64,000 bases of DNA from Calcarisporiella thermophila CBS 279.70 (taxonomy: Eukaryota > Fungi > Calcarisporiellomycota). The notes under the pieces were generated by a model. The model was given only the letters and a program-made list of their open reading frames with translations. It searched no databases and was not told the DNA's origin. A program made the position numbers and the translations under genes. This document shows positions 11,216 through 25,121 of the stretch, piece after piece (positions within the stretch are counted from its first letter, which is position 1; the number at the start of each line of letters is the position of its first letter). The stretch is taken from NCBI RefSeq assembly GCF_041956535.1, contig NW_027192202.1, positions 583,474 to 647,473 of the forward strand. Reading direction: 5' to 3'.

Positions 11216-13404
11216 AGTCTACACATTAATATACTGCCTCTGCTTTTTATGAGATCAATGAAAAGAAACAAGGCGAGGATGATGAAGTGTAAGACTCGGT
11301 CGTCTAGACGATAAACGATTGAGTGTAAAGAGCAAACTGAAATGAATAGAAGAATGAAAGGGAGGAGATGTAGAGATTATTCATGGAAGAATAATCGATG
11401 AAAGGAATGTATACACAGGTGGGAAAAGAGAGGAAAGAGAATATCCTGATTGCCGTTAGCTACACTTGGATGTATTCGCGTCGCTGGTAGCACAGATCGT
11501 TTGGCCATCCCAATAAGGAGATTAGGAGGAAAAAGAGTTTTAAAAAGCAGGGATCCAAGCCTCCAAAAAACAGGTTATCTATCTAGCAATATTCCCTTAT
11601 AATTCGCAGCCTACTCGTACCAGGTTTTTTTCGATTTGTTTGTAATAATTGTTTGCTGCACAGTGCTGCATTTTCTCTCGGATATGAAATAGCCAATATC
11701 AGCATCGCCTATGAAAACAGATCGTAAAACCCGATTAGGATCAGCCGAAAATATTAAAAAACCACTATGTCCAAAAAGAAATCAAAGTAGAAATTGCAGA
11801 TAACCCTCCTCTATTCGAGAAGCCGTGCCTTCAGATAAAGACGATTCTCTTGATGTGAATAGAGAATACAAGCTTTAGCCAACAGATGTCGGCATCTAAG
11901 CTGTCCATAAAATTGAAAGGTTTGCATCTGAACTGAGCGTTTGCAAGTGCAAACACGACGATCGGACATTTACTGAGTAGAGTACATTGACATTGTTGAG
12001 TCACCAGCTCAGAGAGATGCTTACGTGCAGGATTCAATAGCTCGTGCATTGCGTAAATTCAAGTTAACTGTAGGTGTATAGAAACGTTGGCAGTTTTGAT
12101 CAAATTTTGATAGGCAGCGTTTGGCTACCTTCCTAATTATCTGAATTGTCAAATTTTATTACTTGCAGATACATACTGACGTAACTTGGTGAATAGGATT
12201 AGTAATTACTGCAAAACGTCGTAAAGCAACTATAAGACCTGTGAATAGGACACCTTAAAAATGCTATGTATTCACCAGGTTCATAGGGATTATCTACTTC
12301 GCTTAGACCGTTTAAATATTCAATGCGTGCTTGGAAAGCAATATCTCAAGGTGAATTATCTATGTTTTCCGATTTTGAAACGAAAAGTAGACAAATATCA
12401 ACCACTTTATAAAACAACATAGTACTGTAATATAACGACGGAAAAAGCAGTCTCAATATTCACACTAACAACATTACTGACAAAATGCCTCCTGTAATGA
12501 AAATATGAACGATTATATTATTACTCGAATTCATCTCTGCCACTTTCTTCGTTCCAATGCTCCAAGATAAAACCCCAATTATTTGTATTAGATCATTTAT
12601 TGATATGAATGTAAAGCCTCGATACGTTCTTTCAAACAACTTAGTAGAATCACTACACTATAACCACACTTTAATTAATTGTAATATTTGCATTTTATGT
12701 GGCCAATATATTTGCTCATTGTTTCTTAAGCTAACAAAATTTGACGTAATTATTAAATTTACGTGGCTTATTCCCTTCGTTGGGTAGTTAGAAAATTCTA
12801 ATAGGTTCGATTGAATAATTTTCAAACTGCAGCAAATCATACCCGTGTGACAATACCTAGATCTTGAAGTAGAAAACAAGGAATGGGAGCACGATAATAA
12901 CAGAAGAACCTAGACTCAGGTTTAAACTGCCTCTATTAGATTGATCCCATAATAATACGGAAACAATGCGCCGAAAATATGGGCAAAGCTTTCAAATTAT
13001 CTGATCAATCAGAGAAAAATACCCCAATAATAGACATCCTCTCTGAATTTCGTGAGAGATGCTTAAGGAGTTATGCAATACACAAGTATTCTTCCCAATA
13101 CATAATTCAGTATGAATTCATCTCCGGTGTGAAAAGTGAAAGGTTGAAGAAAGACGCAGCGTTTTCTAGAAATCAAGAATAGAAAGATTCCAACTCTTAT
13201 CAGATCAAGAATGCAAGTGTGGCGAAGAACCTGAATGGTGAAACCAAGCCCCGGTAGAATTCTAATAGGGTTACGAAGGAAATATCCATACACATGGTGT
13301 CAATGATTGGCCAAAATTCTCTGCTGAAAACGAGCAATGTATTTGTATAAATAAGGGGCGAATTGCTTGCGATCCTTGTGTATATCTTTATTATTTGATA
13401 TAGA

Positions 13405-14941
13405 ATGAGTTTTATCATTTATGCAATTGCCGCTTCACAGGTGTTGTAGCTAACTAGATCTGCTCCATATTCTGTTTCCTTCCTAATACTTCTACCCTTC
13501 TCTTAGGCAATCTGCCAAGTCCTGATCATGGTTGCCGCCGGCAACCTGCTGGCACGAAAAGGCTTCCTGACTAAAGAGAATCAAAAAGTAAGTATTCTAG
13601 ACGTAACATCAATTTTTCGAACTTGAAGCTTTAGCGCTCACATTGCTCTAGGTTCTTTCAAAAGTCAACTTGTATCTGTTCACTCCATGTCTCTTGTTCT
13701 CTAAAATGGCCTATGTTCTTTCGCCTCAAAAATTCCTAGCATACTGGCCCATCCCACTGTTCTATTTCGGTTTTTTAGTAATCAGCTGGTTTTTCTCACA
13801 GCTAGGATCTAAAATTATGCGATTTTCTCCTTCGCAGACCAACTTTTGTACTGCTGCAATTATATTCTCTAATGCCAACAGCTTGCCTATTGCAATAATG
13901 CAAAGTCTAGCTTGGAGTAAAGCTGGAGAAATTCTCCAATGGATTGAGGACGATGATCAGGATGATGTAGCAGCTCGGTAACATTCTGTCTTAAATTTTG
14001 CCTTTGCTAACTTATACTAAATTTCCTTCTTATACATACTCAATAGGTGTATCTCTTACATTCTTTTTTTCGCAATTTTCGGAAACATTGTGCGCTGGTC
14101 TTATGGATATCGGCTGATTGCCAGTAGCAAATATCCAGAGGATGAAGAGCATCTCCCAAGTTCTATTCCTCCTATAGTACCGGAGATGCTGTGCCCTTCT
14201 GATAGTTTTAACAGTGAAAGCGATGAAAGTGGATATAGAATGCCTACGCCTAACAGCTCAACCAGCACTGTATACGCTCAGGACGATTATTTTGCATCCA
14301 AGCATGGTGAGGTTGATTCAATTTGTGAGGAAACCCCGCTCCTCCATAACGTCAAACCAGAATATTCACACGGTCGGAAGGGTGTGAGCATTATCAAGCA
14401 AGGCTATCAGATCTTCATTAAGGTTATGTCCCCTCCTCTGTGGGCAGCGTCGTGTGCGCTTGTCGTAGGGTTGATTTCCCCACTCAAACATATCTTTTTT
14501 GATCGCTCCACTTTCGTTTATGCGAGCTTTACTCGAGCCCTAGAAGCATTGGGTGGGGCTGCGATCCCAGTCATTCTTGTATGTTTGGGCGCTCAAATGA
14601 CTGATCTATCTAGTACTCGTCGGTCTGAAAAGTCACCAGTACTGCCCTTTATTATCGCAATTCGGCAATTTCTGATACCCCTGCTCGTATTTCCGCTTGT
14701 CCTTTTCTTTATTCGCACTGTAAATACCCCTCTTGCCACCGACCCTGCCTTTGTCGTAACCATGATCGTGCTAGGAAGTGCACCAACTGCAATTAATCTT
14801 GTTCAAATATGCATGGCGGAACAAAAGTTTGAGGCAGAGATGTCACGACTGCTTTTCTGGGCGTATTGTGTGTTCACAGTGCCACTTATGACTATCATTG
14901 TAATGCTATCCCTATATATAGTCAAAACCTTAGAATTGTAA
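13405..14941 (+). CDS. Auxin efflux carrier / PIN-LIKES (Ecm3-like) membrane transporter, copy 1
   Basis: MSFIIYAIAASQ|AICQVLIM..., LFTPCLLFSK, FSNANSLPIA, RWSYGY, MSPPLWA, LGGAAIP.IL..LGA and APTAINL motifs. Four exons. Confidence 0.9.
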
Positions 14942-15665
14942 GAAACCTCACCTTTTTTGATGTTTTGTTTGGAATTCGTCCCATCCTCTTGCAAATATTT
15001 CGCCTCTGTTTTTCTTTTTCATCACTATATTTCATCATATCAGTTTAATTTTGTCAAGTCTCGGGGCTTATTCACTCGAATCTCGGTATCAAAATTATTA
15101 ATTTCAAGTTTATTAAAAGTTTATCCTTTGTTTTCTAGAAACCGAACTTTTAGAAGGGCTTCGAGATAAATCGGGAAGGATGGAATTGATATCCTTCTTC
15201 AATTATGCCGGCTTGTTATCTCGCCTTGAAAGCCAATCGGATTAGCGAACGGGCACCACGCACTCATTTAAGGGTTTAGTTAGTGTAAAACAATCGATCG
15301 GGGATCTGCCATTTTAAGCTGAATCCATGGATCCATGTGAAGCGCATCTGCTAAAATTGGATCTTGCTTAAGGGCCGAGCGAAATTGCGTTGTTTCACAA
15401 ATCCCTATTTATTTTCTTGCAATCGAGGTAATTGACGCAGGGGTCTTATAAGGATGGCTCAATACCAATTATCCTTCATAAGCAAACATATGGGGAATAG
15501 ACATATAGAAAAATAGTAAGGGGAGATAAAGCGATGTCCATGATGTTTGCAGTTCATACTCAGTGAAACCTCCGAGCCGGGAAGTCGACCCACGCATATT
15601 TATACTTCAATCAATGTCTATCGAAATTCTCTTGCATTCCTCCTTCTTTTTCTTCACAATAGAAT

Positions 15666-17207
15666 ATGAGTTTTCTTGCATATACGCTAGCAGCTGTACA
15701 AGTAAGTATTCTTCGACTCCTCGGGGTGAAGAAACAGTTTGATTCAACCTCTACTTTTTCAGGCACTATGTCAAGTCGTGATCATGGTTGCTGGCGGCCA
15801 TTTGCTGGCGCGCAAAGGGTTTCTCTCAAAGGGGAATCAGAAGGTGAACATTTTTCAAGTCTTACTTTAGGTACATTATCATCATATTTACTTTCTGTGC
15901 TTAGGTTCTTTCCAATATCAATATCTATCTCTTCACTCCTTGTCTACTCTTCACAAAAATGGCACAGGTCCTATCGCTCGAAAAATTTCTAGAGTTCTGG
16001 CCTATTCCCGTGATATACTTTGCGTTCTTGCTATGCAGCTGGACAGTCGCGCAATTGGGCGGTCGCCTATTACGCTTTACTCCCTCCCAGATCAAATTCT
16101 GTACTGCCGCTATTATTTTTTCAAATTCGAATAATCTACCCATTGCGTTGATGCAGAGTCTGGCATTTAGCAAAGCGGGGGAAATCTTAATGAGGGACGG
16201 GGATGTAAACCAGGAAGAAATAGAAGCACGGTAATATTCATTATTCAGGATAGAGATTTTAAATGAAGTTTTTGACTCTGGCTTTTGATCAAATTAGGAG
16301 TATATCTTACATTCTCTTTTTCGCAATTTTCGGGAACATTTTGCGGTGGTCATATGGATACAGTCTAATCTCAGCAGAGAAAAAATCTCCTGATGAGCAG
16401 GATGCCACCCCAGAGCAAACACTACCGGTAGCAAGCAGTGGATTAACTGCAACCCCAGCAAGCTCTCAGGACACACTAACAATATTTGTTGAGGAGAAAA
16501 ACAAGAACACTACTGATGTTGAGACCGGCAGTTTGAACACCGCCTGCCTAGACGAAGACAATTTCGCCAATGATAGTAGCAGGAAGGGTATATACCGGCG
16601 ATTTGTTTCGAATGGAAAGCATTTGCTCTCAAGATATCAAGAGAAGATACCAGCCCCACTGAAAAAAGTGACTAAGGGCTTTTTCGACTTTATGACTGCT
16701 CCATTGTGGACTGTGGTTATTGCACTTATCGTCGGCCTTACCCCCCCGCTTAAAGACTTCTTTTTCAACAAATCTTCATTCGTCTATGGGAGTTTCACTA
16801 AAGCATTAGATGAACTTGGCGCTGCATCCATTCCTCTTATTCTTGTTGGTCTTGGCGCTCAAATGACTGGCCTATCACTTAAATCGCAAGGGGGAAATGC
16901 TGCACTGCTTCGTTTTGTCATAGTGACTAGACAATTTCTCATGCCTCTGTTCGTATTCCCGCTTATGCTACTATTTGTGCGTGTAGTGCATACTCCACTT
17001 GCGTCTGATCCTGCTTTTGTTGTAACTATGATTGTACTTGGTTGTGCACCGACTGCGATAAATTTGGTGCAAATCTGTATGGCGGAGCAACAGTTCGAAG
17101 AGGAGATGTCGAAAATTCTCTTTTGGTCATACTGCGTATTCGGTGTACCTATAATGGTTGCAGTTGTCATGATGTCTCTGTGGATGGTTAGCATTTTGCA
17201 ACTATAG
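15666..17207 (+). CDS. Auxin efflux carrier / PIN-LIKES (Ecm3-like) membrane transporter, copy 2
   Basis: Same motifs (FSNSNNLPIA, RWSYGY, LGAASIPLILVGLGA, APTAINL) and the same intron positions as copy 1. Confidence 0.9.
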
Positions 17208-18032
17208 TAGTTTCAAATTCTAGAAATTTTTGTATTTTTTTTTCATATCGTTTCTACACTTTGTTTTTGAAAACTTCTATTTATTTATGCATTTTATATA
17301 TCTTATACATATATACACCTGCAAGCATTGTATTTATCTCTAATCAATAAAATTTATATGACTTGATGTCAAAACACCTATAGAAATCATAAATATTTGT
17401 AATTGTCCAATACGAGGAATTAATTTCATTGAAATGAAAACTTCAGGCAGCCTTATCATCAACCCAAAGCTTTATCTAAACGATGGGTATGAAGCCGGGT
17501 CACCGGAGCTTTTCTATATGGATTGCATTATGGTGATCCTTAGCTAACAAATATTTAGTACTTCCTATCATGGGATTTCTCATGTTGATACGCTTACTAA
17601 AACTTGGGTGGCAAGGGGAATAGAGCTCCTTGTATTTTAAACACCGAAGAGGGTACTGATATTCATCAACTTTAATATAATATGGACTTGTAATATAAGA
17701 GCAAGGAAAATTAATTCAATGGATCGCGGAACAGTGAAGGAAACTCAACATACCTTGAAGAGCGTAATCAGAGAAGAGGGTCTTGAGCGATTTGCTCAAA
17801 GGCTTAATATCACATTCCTCTCGGTTATATTTATATCCCTTACTGGCCAATCAAAATTATCCTGCATGATGAAGTAGAGGGAAAATAGTAGAAAACTTCA
17901 TATCGTTTATTCTTAAATGGATGTAATTAGTAGAAAAATAATTCAATGAGTAACTATGAAGTTGTATGCTATTCTGCATAGATCTAACTCTCCAATGCAT
18001 CTGTTTTTCAAAGCCCAGATCAACAGAAAATT

Positions 18033-19606
18033 ATGACGCAGTACGCGCAATCTTCTACACCATTCAAAAATGAGCAAGACAAAGAGAGGGAGTTTGAGAA
18101 GGAGCTTGATATATATTTAGAGGCACAATGGAATGATCGACGGAGATTATTCAATGAGGATGAGGAAAAATCGGCCCAAAGCTTGGATCCAGCGATGAGA
18201 ATGGGAAATTCGGCTGATTTCCAATATCACCAGCAATCGGCAGCCGATGCAATGACTCGTTCGACTAGTTCAGATGAGAGGCCTGCTAGCTCATCAAAAA
18301 AGAGTAAGAAACGCAAACGTAAATATCCTGTAGATCCAAGTTGGTATCCTCCGCCTGCCGGTTTTCTCCCTTCTGGAGATGAACGGTATTATCATCATCC
18401 AAGGGCAGATACATGGTTCGACCGTAAAACTGCCGAATGGTCTGTTTATGATGGTCGATGGTATCGTGTCATTGAACCATCTACGGTGTATTCTAAGTTA
18501 GGGGCCGTCCTGCGTCTTGTTGTTACTGCATCAAATGTTCTTACTCCAGGTGGTGTAGTTTTGGTGGATGCTGAGGGTATAACAATAGGGAGGGATAGGG
18601 CCTATGCTCGGCGGCTACGATTACCGGAAATGATGACATCGAAGTTCCATTGCCAGATCTATTTTGACCCATGCGCAGCACCTGTGATTTCCGAAGGAAC
18701 CAGTGTAGGGGAAAACGATATAATAACTGCGGAAATGCATGATTGTTTTTTCATTGTTGATGTACGACTCGTACAGTGATTTTATTATTTTCATACCATA
18801 TTTAACGAAGAACTAATATTCGGATTTCCTATCTATAGGTGGGCTCGTCTCATGGCACATACAAGAACGGTATGCGCCTCTCTATCGCAAAAAAATCTAG
18901 TGAACCTTTTCGATTGCAACACCTTGATGAAATATCAATTGGCTCCACCCGCTTTCAATGCCATTTACACCCGCTAGACGAAGATTGCCACGTGTGTCAG
19001 ATACGAGATGGCAACCAAATTAATATAGGGGATGGGGAAAAATCATCGACTACTTCCAACATATCTGAGGATACGTCTTCGCTAGCAACGACCGCACTTA
19101 CAGGATCTCAGATTGTTATGGAAAAACCTCCTGTATTAAATACTACAGCTCTTTGCCAAAAAGAGTCCTTAGAGGCAAAGCGACGAGAAGAAATCCAAAG
19201 ATTGAAAAGAAAATTCCAGATTGAACCAAATGACAAGCCAAAGATTGAGCCCAAAGTCAAAAAGAAGTATATTGATCGAGCGGCATTGAGAAGGGAGCGC
19301 GTTGGTATCGATCCCTATGTGCAAAGTAGAGAATTGCCGGATTCCTCGGAAGATTCAGTAAACCAAGCTGAAACGCCTGGTCCAATTAATACGGGAAATA
19401 TAGGACACCGGATGCTACAGCGAATGGGCTGGGTTCAAGGGCAAAGCTTGGGTACGGGCGGAGGAATATTGGATCCAATTGGTGTGGCGAGAAGAACAGA
19501 TCGTGCTGGATTAGGTGCTGCTAACCAGACAGAATCTCACAAACAAGAGAGTTTCCAAGAAATTACAATGCGTAAAGCAAGAGAGAGATTTATGAGTATG
19601 AAGTAA
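18033..19606 (+). CDS. AGGF1-like protein (OCRE-like + FHA + G-patch)
   Basis: Aromatic repeat YYHH...WFD...W; FHA IGRD..SKFHC..DVGSSHGT..NG; HLHP..DCHVC; YIDRA.LRR; G-patch NIGHRMLQRMGW..GQSLG..GI.DPI....R.GLG. One intron. Confidence 0.85.
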
Positions 19607-19827
19607 TAAACCTCATAAATTTCACTGTAATTTCCAGTTATATATAACAATTCTCCTACAAGATATTTCCATTTTATGGCAATTTTGCGAGCAAAAGAAA
19701 CTCTTAAAAAAACAAAGACAAAAATTAAGACTAATGTAGAAAATAGTTTAGACACACAAAAGCAATGGCAAAAATAAATGAAATAAATTTAAAACGAAAA
19801 ATAAAAAACAATAATTGATTTTTGCGC

Positions 19828-22062
19828 TCATGGTTCAAACGGAAGAATGCCAATCTATATATTTTTTTATAAAAATAAGAGCAAGATGAAAATTGTTCTA
19901 CCAAATATGCAAGTAAAAAACGATTTGCTTACTGTTCCAGTGCTAAAACATGCTGCAATCTGATTTCCTTCTGCCCTCCAGCTGACGTCAAAAATGCCGC
20001 CACCAGCATTGTGTCGCCGTAACATCTTACCGTCATCAACTGACCATATAATAACATTTTCGTCGAAGGATCCACTGGCGAGATATCGGCCATCAGGACT
20101 GAAGGATACACAATAAACTGGCTGCACATGCCCTGAAAGTTTATGCAAACAACTGCCTTTTACTGCATCCCACAAACGAATAGAAGAGTCAAAAGAACCA
20201 CTACAATCCAATTCAAATATCAGCAGTGAAATTGGAAAATTTAAGTCAAAGGAGGTTACGTTGCTAAAACACGTGGGCCACTTGGATCTGTAACAGGGCA
20301 CCATTTAATGGTGTATATTTCTAGTTCATGAAGCCGTAGGTCATGTAAGTAACTATCTTGAGCCATTGACCAAATCTGAGAGAAAGATGGTAAAAATTAG
20401 TCAATTGGAAAGAAGAAAGGATAAATACTAATTTTGAGTATACCTTCAAAGTACGATCGTCGGAACAAGAAGCTAGATATTCGCCAAGAGGATCCCATTT
20501 TATTGCATTTACCTCGCCCTATTAATAAAATAGAAGGGATCAAAACAAACGTTAGAAAATCGTTTTCTATAAAGGTATTACTTGATGACCAATAAATTTT
20601 TTAAGCGGCTTATTTCCACCGACACGGCAAACATATATGGCCTGGTCCTGAGAACAGGATGCAAAAGTGTCATTGTCAAGCCAGTCAATGTCCATGACAG
20701 GTTTTTTGTGTAGTGCTAATTGATGTATCGACTCGCCTTTTGACGAATCCCACACTATCACCAGATTATCTGCACTGCCTGTTAATAAGTAATTTCCTTG
20801 TTTATTCCACTTGAGCGCGAAAACTGGACCGCGGTGTAAAGACATAATATGACGCAGTTCACCTAGAAGGAACAACGTGTGAATTTTCATAAATATAAGT
20901 ATTAATAAAAACTGCTACCTCGGATTGTCCAGATCCTTGCTCGACCATCATATGATCCTGTTGCTACAAGGGTACCCGCTGACTATATAATGTTTAGCTT
21001 CTATTAGGAATCACACAAGAAAACTCAATATTCATTAAATTTCTTACATTCCAATCAAGAGTGGTAACATCTTTTTCAGATGCATTGGTAGGTAGATGAC
21101 TTAAGATAATGGGTGTTGAAGGTTCAATATCTGTTGATCCTGGAACTGTCCATATACGCGCTGTTCCATCTCGGGAGCTACAAAATTTGTAAAAGATGAA
21201 TAAACAATGTAATCTATGGTAATGATCTTGAAATGCGTACCCTGTCGCCAAGACAGAAGATACTGATGGATTCCAAGCGCATACGTATACTTCATTGTCA
21301 TGCCCCTTCAACTGAATTATCTCTCCCGCACCGTAATCAAGAGTAGATTGTTTTTCCCCACCATTTACAGACAATGAAGAAAGTGCTGCAGCAGGTGTTT
21401 CCACGTCTTGCGTTACCTCTTTCATCTCCACGTCCTGAACATTCAGAGTGTCTTCAGACCTCTCTGTAACGGTCAGCGGTTGCTCTGTGTCTTCAGGTGG
21501 ATTCTCGTTTTTCTCTGCACGTTGGTGTAATTTTCGCTCTTCTTTCCGGTCCCGTTTTGATTTCCTTATTGTCTCACACTTATGTTCTCTCACAAGATTG
21601 AAAGGATTGTCGCAAGGTCGTGCAGTACCATCCTAGTGAAAATATAGTAAGAAAAAAAAAATTTAAATGAAAATGCTTACTCGCACTTTACCTCATTCAA
21701 GTGTGCTTCCACTTCCATGTACTGAAGCCCTTTCTGTAACACCGTGATTAGAGCTCCTGGCTGAACCTTAGCTGATTTTAACAGATCTGATTTATTAATT
21801 CTTGACTCATGCTGAAACGCAAATGAAGTATGGTTGAAACCTGTGAAAAAATATATATTAATATTTAGTAAATATTATAATAAATTAGAAGTTGAAAAAT
21901 ATATTAAATAAAATATTTGAGAAAGAAGACAGAAAAAAAAAACTTCAAGTATAAGCTGAATTTCATAATGATTATAAGTATATCCATAAGCGCGTGCTAC
22001 ATACCAGATTCTAACAAATATCGATAGATTAAGTAGTTAACTTCTTCACTAGTTAAACTCAT
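19828..22062 (-). CDS. SIF2: LisH + WD40 corepressor subunit (Sif2/TBL1)
   Basis: [25 protein letters not shown] (LisH), PGALI..LQKGLQY, WD repeats including [12 protein letters not shown] and [11 protein letters not shown]. About 10 exons; last exon IGILPFEP*. Confidence 0.93.
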
Positions 22063-22291
22063 GATGTGGAATACGATCTATGGCTATATGCCTCGATCTG
22101 GTTAGTGGGCTGGCAGATCTAAATTGTGTATACAATCTTTTATTTTGAAATTTCCGCTCTGTGATATTCTTGTAATTCAATCGCGGATGAGCAGAAGTAA
22201 AATAAAAGTACATCACATAAAAATTCGAATATAAGCCACTCGATTTATACCTATATTTTTATTTTTTTAGAGGATACATATAATATTGCTC

Positions 22292-22813
22292 ATGGACACG
22301 GATAGTTCGTTTACAGATATACCGAAGCAGCCAGCATTTCCGATTAAAACTCGTCAATTATCGCGTGATATATTGGGTATTCCTACAGATGTAACTATCA
22401 CATCGTTCGTAGACAAAATTTGGATCCTTGTGACTCAGTTGGGCAAAGTCGGGAGTGTGGTATAAATCAATTGCATTAATCAATATTTGATTATTCGCTC
22501 CTAAAATTGGATATAGGTTTATAATACAGTCAATACCCCTGCAAGTGCTTTCATACCAACTGGTTCAGAGGCCATTATCTCATCCTCTTTCCTATTGGGC
22601 TCTTCTACAACGATCAAAGGAGATCTATACAGAGTATATTCTTCACATATAGCTGCTGTGATTGCCTCACAAGCCCCGCACGAAAGGAGACCTATTGTAA
22701 TCGCAATTGCTTTAAAAGAGGAAGAAAATGAAATGAAAGATGGGGATTACGAGCTGAGTAAACGAAAGATGATTGAGATAGTGGAATTGATAAAGGAAGG
22801 TCGGGTTTGGTAA
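22292..22813 (+). CDS. Proteasome assembly chaperone 3 (PAC3/PSMG3 family)
   Basis: FPIKTRQ..., SFVDKIWILVTQLGKVG, FLLG, YSSHIAA, RPIVIAIALK, C-terminal VW. One intron. Confidence 0.8.
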
Positions 22814-22959
22814 ATGATGTTTGATTGGGATTTTTGAATAAAAGTCAATACTGTATTTTATTAAATATAAAATTTTAGAAGCATTATTAAAGAAGTACGT
22901 CTAATAGGTGAAGATATAATAAATCCAAAGAACAATATAAAATGTTCGCGTGCTTAACC

Positions 22960-24705
22960 TCATTTTCTTAACCGATATTTAATTTTTATATCGTGTGGAG
23001 GCATGACAACCATTGAAGAGTAATCTGGTTTGGGAAATTCGTCCACAAGTTCTATGTCGAAATATCGGATGAAAGTTGCTAGCACAGTTTTCACTTGGAC
23101 ATAAGCAAAATTCTCGCCAATACACCGGTGCCGGCCACCACCAAAAGGTAAATACGGACTTCTTGCACTTCCACCTAAAACTTGTCCCGATTCACTCAGA
23201 TCCCATTCCTTGTTATCTTCTTGCAAGGTCGCAAAATCTTTCTCGGCATTTTCACGCGTTGACGTCCAGCGCCAGGGGTTATACTTCTTTCCTTCTGTAA
23301 AATACTCTTCACTTAAGGAGGAAACCGCAGGCGCAATGGTTGCGTAATGACCAGCAGGAATAATATGACCTGTTTTGGTGTATTCAACCGGCCGGATTAC
23401 TTTACGCACCAACTGGAAAATTGGGGGATGTACCCGTAGTGTTTCGCGTACTACAGAGTCAAGCAGTTGCATCTCCTTGAGAGCTTCAAAAGTCAAAGGA
23501 GATTCAAGATCACCAAGTACCCGGATTTGTTCCTCGCGAAGCGCATTCCTTCAGATATACATGAGTCAAAAGCTATACAGAGTAAACGAAATTAAAAACT
23601 TACAAAAGTTTACGGTTTTCAGCAATACGAAGAATGGACCAGCAGCTAGTTGTTGAACTTGTATGCTGGCCACCAAAGAGCAATGCAATCAAAATGTGGG
23701 CGATTTGATAATCTGGGATGGGAGATCCGTCCTTGTACCGTTGTTCCATTAGCGATTGTACCATGTCATTATTATCCTGCAAAATTATACAAGTCAGGGA
23801 GATATGCACAACATAAAAGCTTCTTGATTAAGGATATTACAAAGTCACCCGATTCACGGCGCTTCTGCACGATACTGATAAACAAGTCAGCCATCTTTTT
23901 TTGAGCAATATCGCGGCGCCGGTAGCTTGGGAGAGGAAGATTCGGGAATAAGAAATTAATTGGTTGGAAACCCTTGTCAAGGTCATGGTAAAGCTGTGCA
24001 ACGCCTTCATCAAGCTGAGCGCGAATTTCTTTTCCCATAAGGCAGCGAGATGCAGTCATGATGATTAGAGTAGCAATATCTTTGGCAATCTCCATATGAC
24101 CCTCTTCATTATCCAAGTAACGTTTGATATAATCCTCAACTTCCTGTTGGATAAATCCAACATATAATTTAAGGTTGTCAGTGGAAATGCCGGACTTGAT
24201 AAATCTAGTGTTAATATATATATGTAAATTAGGTACACAAGCAAAAGAAAAACTAGCTGTTATACTTTTTTTGTTCCATGAATTTGGCATTTGGGACATC
24301 ATATACTACATCTTTACCGAAAACAGGTGTTGTCATCTGTTTATAAGCCTCGTCAGCGCTTACATGTGAAATCTTGCTATTCAACACGAAATTATTTCCA
24401 TCCGGCCCCATAAAATAGGTCATCCTTCGTCCAAACATGATAAATGTAAAGACTTCGCCGTATTTAGCCTGGCAATCACTGAGGAATTTAATAGGATCCA
24501 TTCCAAAGCTTATCATGTTGCCGAAGAAGGGGACCCAGTGGAAAACGACGGGAGGAAGGCGAGGGTCAGGCTTGGAAAGTAACTGGGAGAGAACATTAAG
24601 TGCAATGATGGTTGTAATGCCCACAACAAAAGCCGCGGGGAAGAGAACAGTCAGTGGTAGAGGTGCATTATGTGCCCACTTGGAGATTAACTCGCCTAGC
24701 GCCAT
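22960..24705 (-). CDS. ERG11: Sterol 14-alpha-demethylase CYP51
   Basis: PPVVFHWVPFFG, AY..MTTPVFG.DVVYD, MEQKKF, YHDLDKGF.PINF, GGQHTS, ETLR and heme motif FGGGRHRCIGE. Four exons. Confidence 0.97.
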
Positions 24706-25121
24706 CTTATGGTATAGATTATATTCGGACGTGCAGGTGTAGAGAGAGAGCGTAAAATAAAAAATAAACAGGAGCCGAGGGTATATTTTGTTCAGTATAC
24801 GCACTGTGGTTGGCTATCAAAAAATCAAACGATTGCAAACGGTTAATAACTGAGTACTATGTGAATTTTCAGTTAAGAATCAACCTTCCAATCCCCGGCA
24901 ATTGGTCGAAATTGGTTTATCCGTGTCAAATTACTTCAGTTTTCTTATTGCTAGGATTATCGGTTGTAACTTGCTGGGAATACGTTTACGTTACAGGCAT
25001 TAATTCGCGTTAATTCGTGCTATAATTGGTTTCGAAGAAAACCATAAGACACTAAAGCGAACTACTTGGAGGCACTTAAGGATATTCAAGTCAAGCGTCC
25101 GCCTATTAAAATACTACTTTA

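Noticed and set aside
11831-13418. Several 67-76 aa ORFs between RasGEF and the first transporter
   Set aside because: No motifs and no consistent splice structure; expected by chance.
17440-17880. Short open stretches (for example MDRGTVKETQH...) upstream of the AGGF1-like gene
   Set aside because: No recognisable similarity and no coherent exon chain, so I cannot support a pseudogene call.
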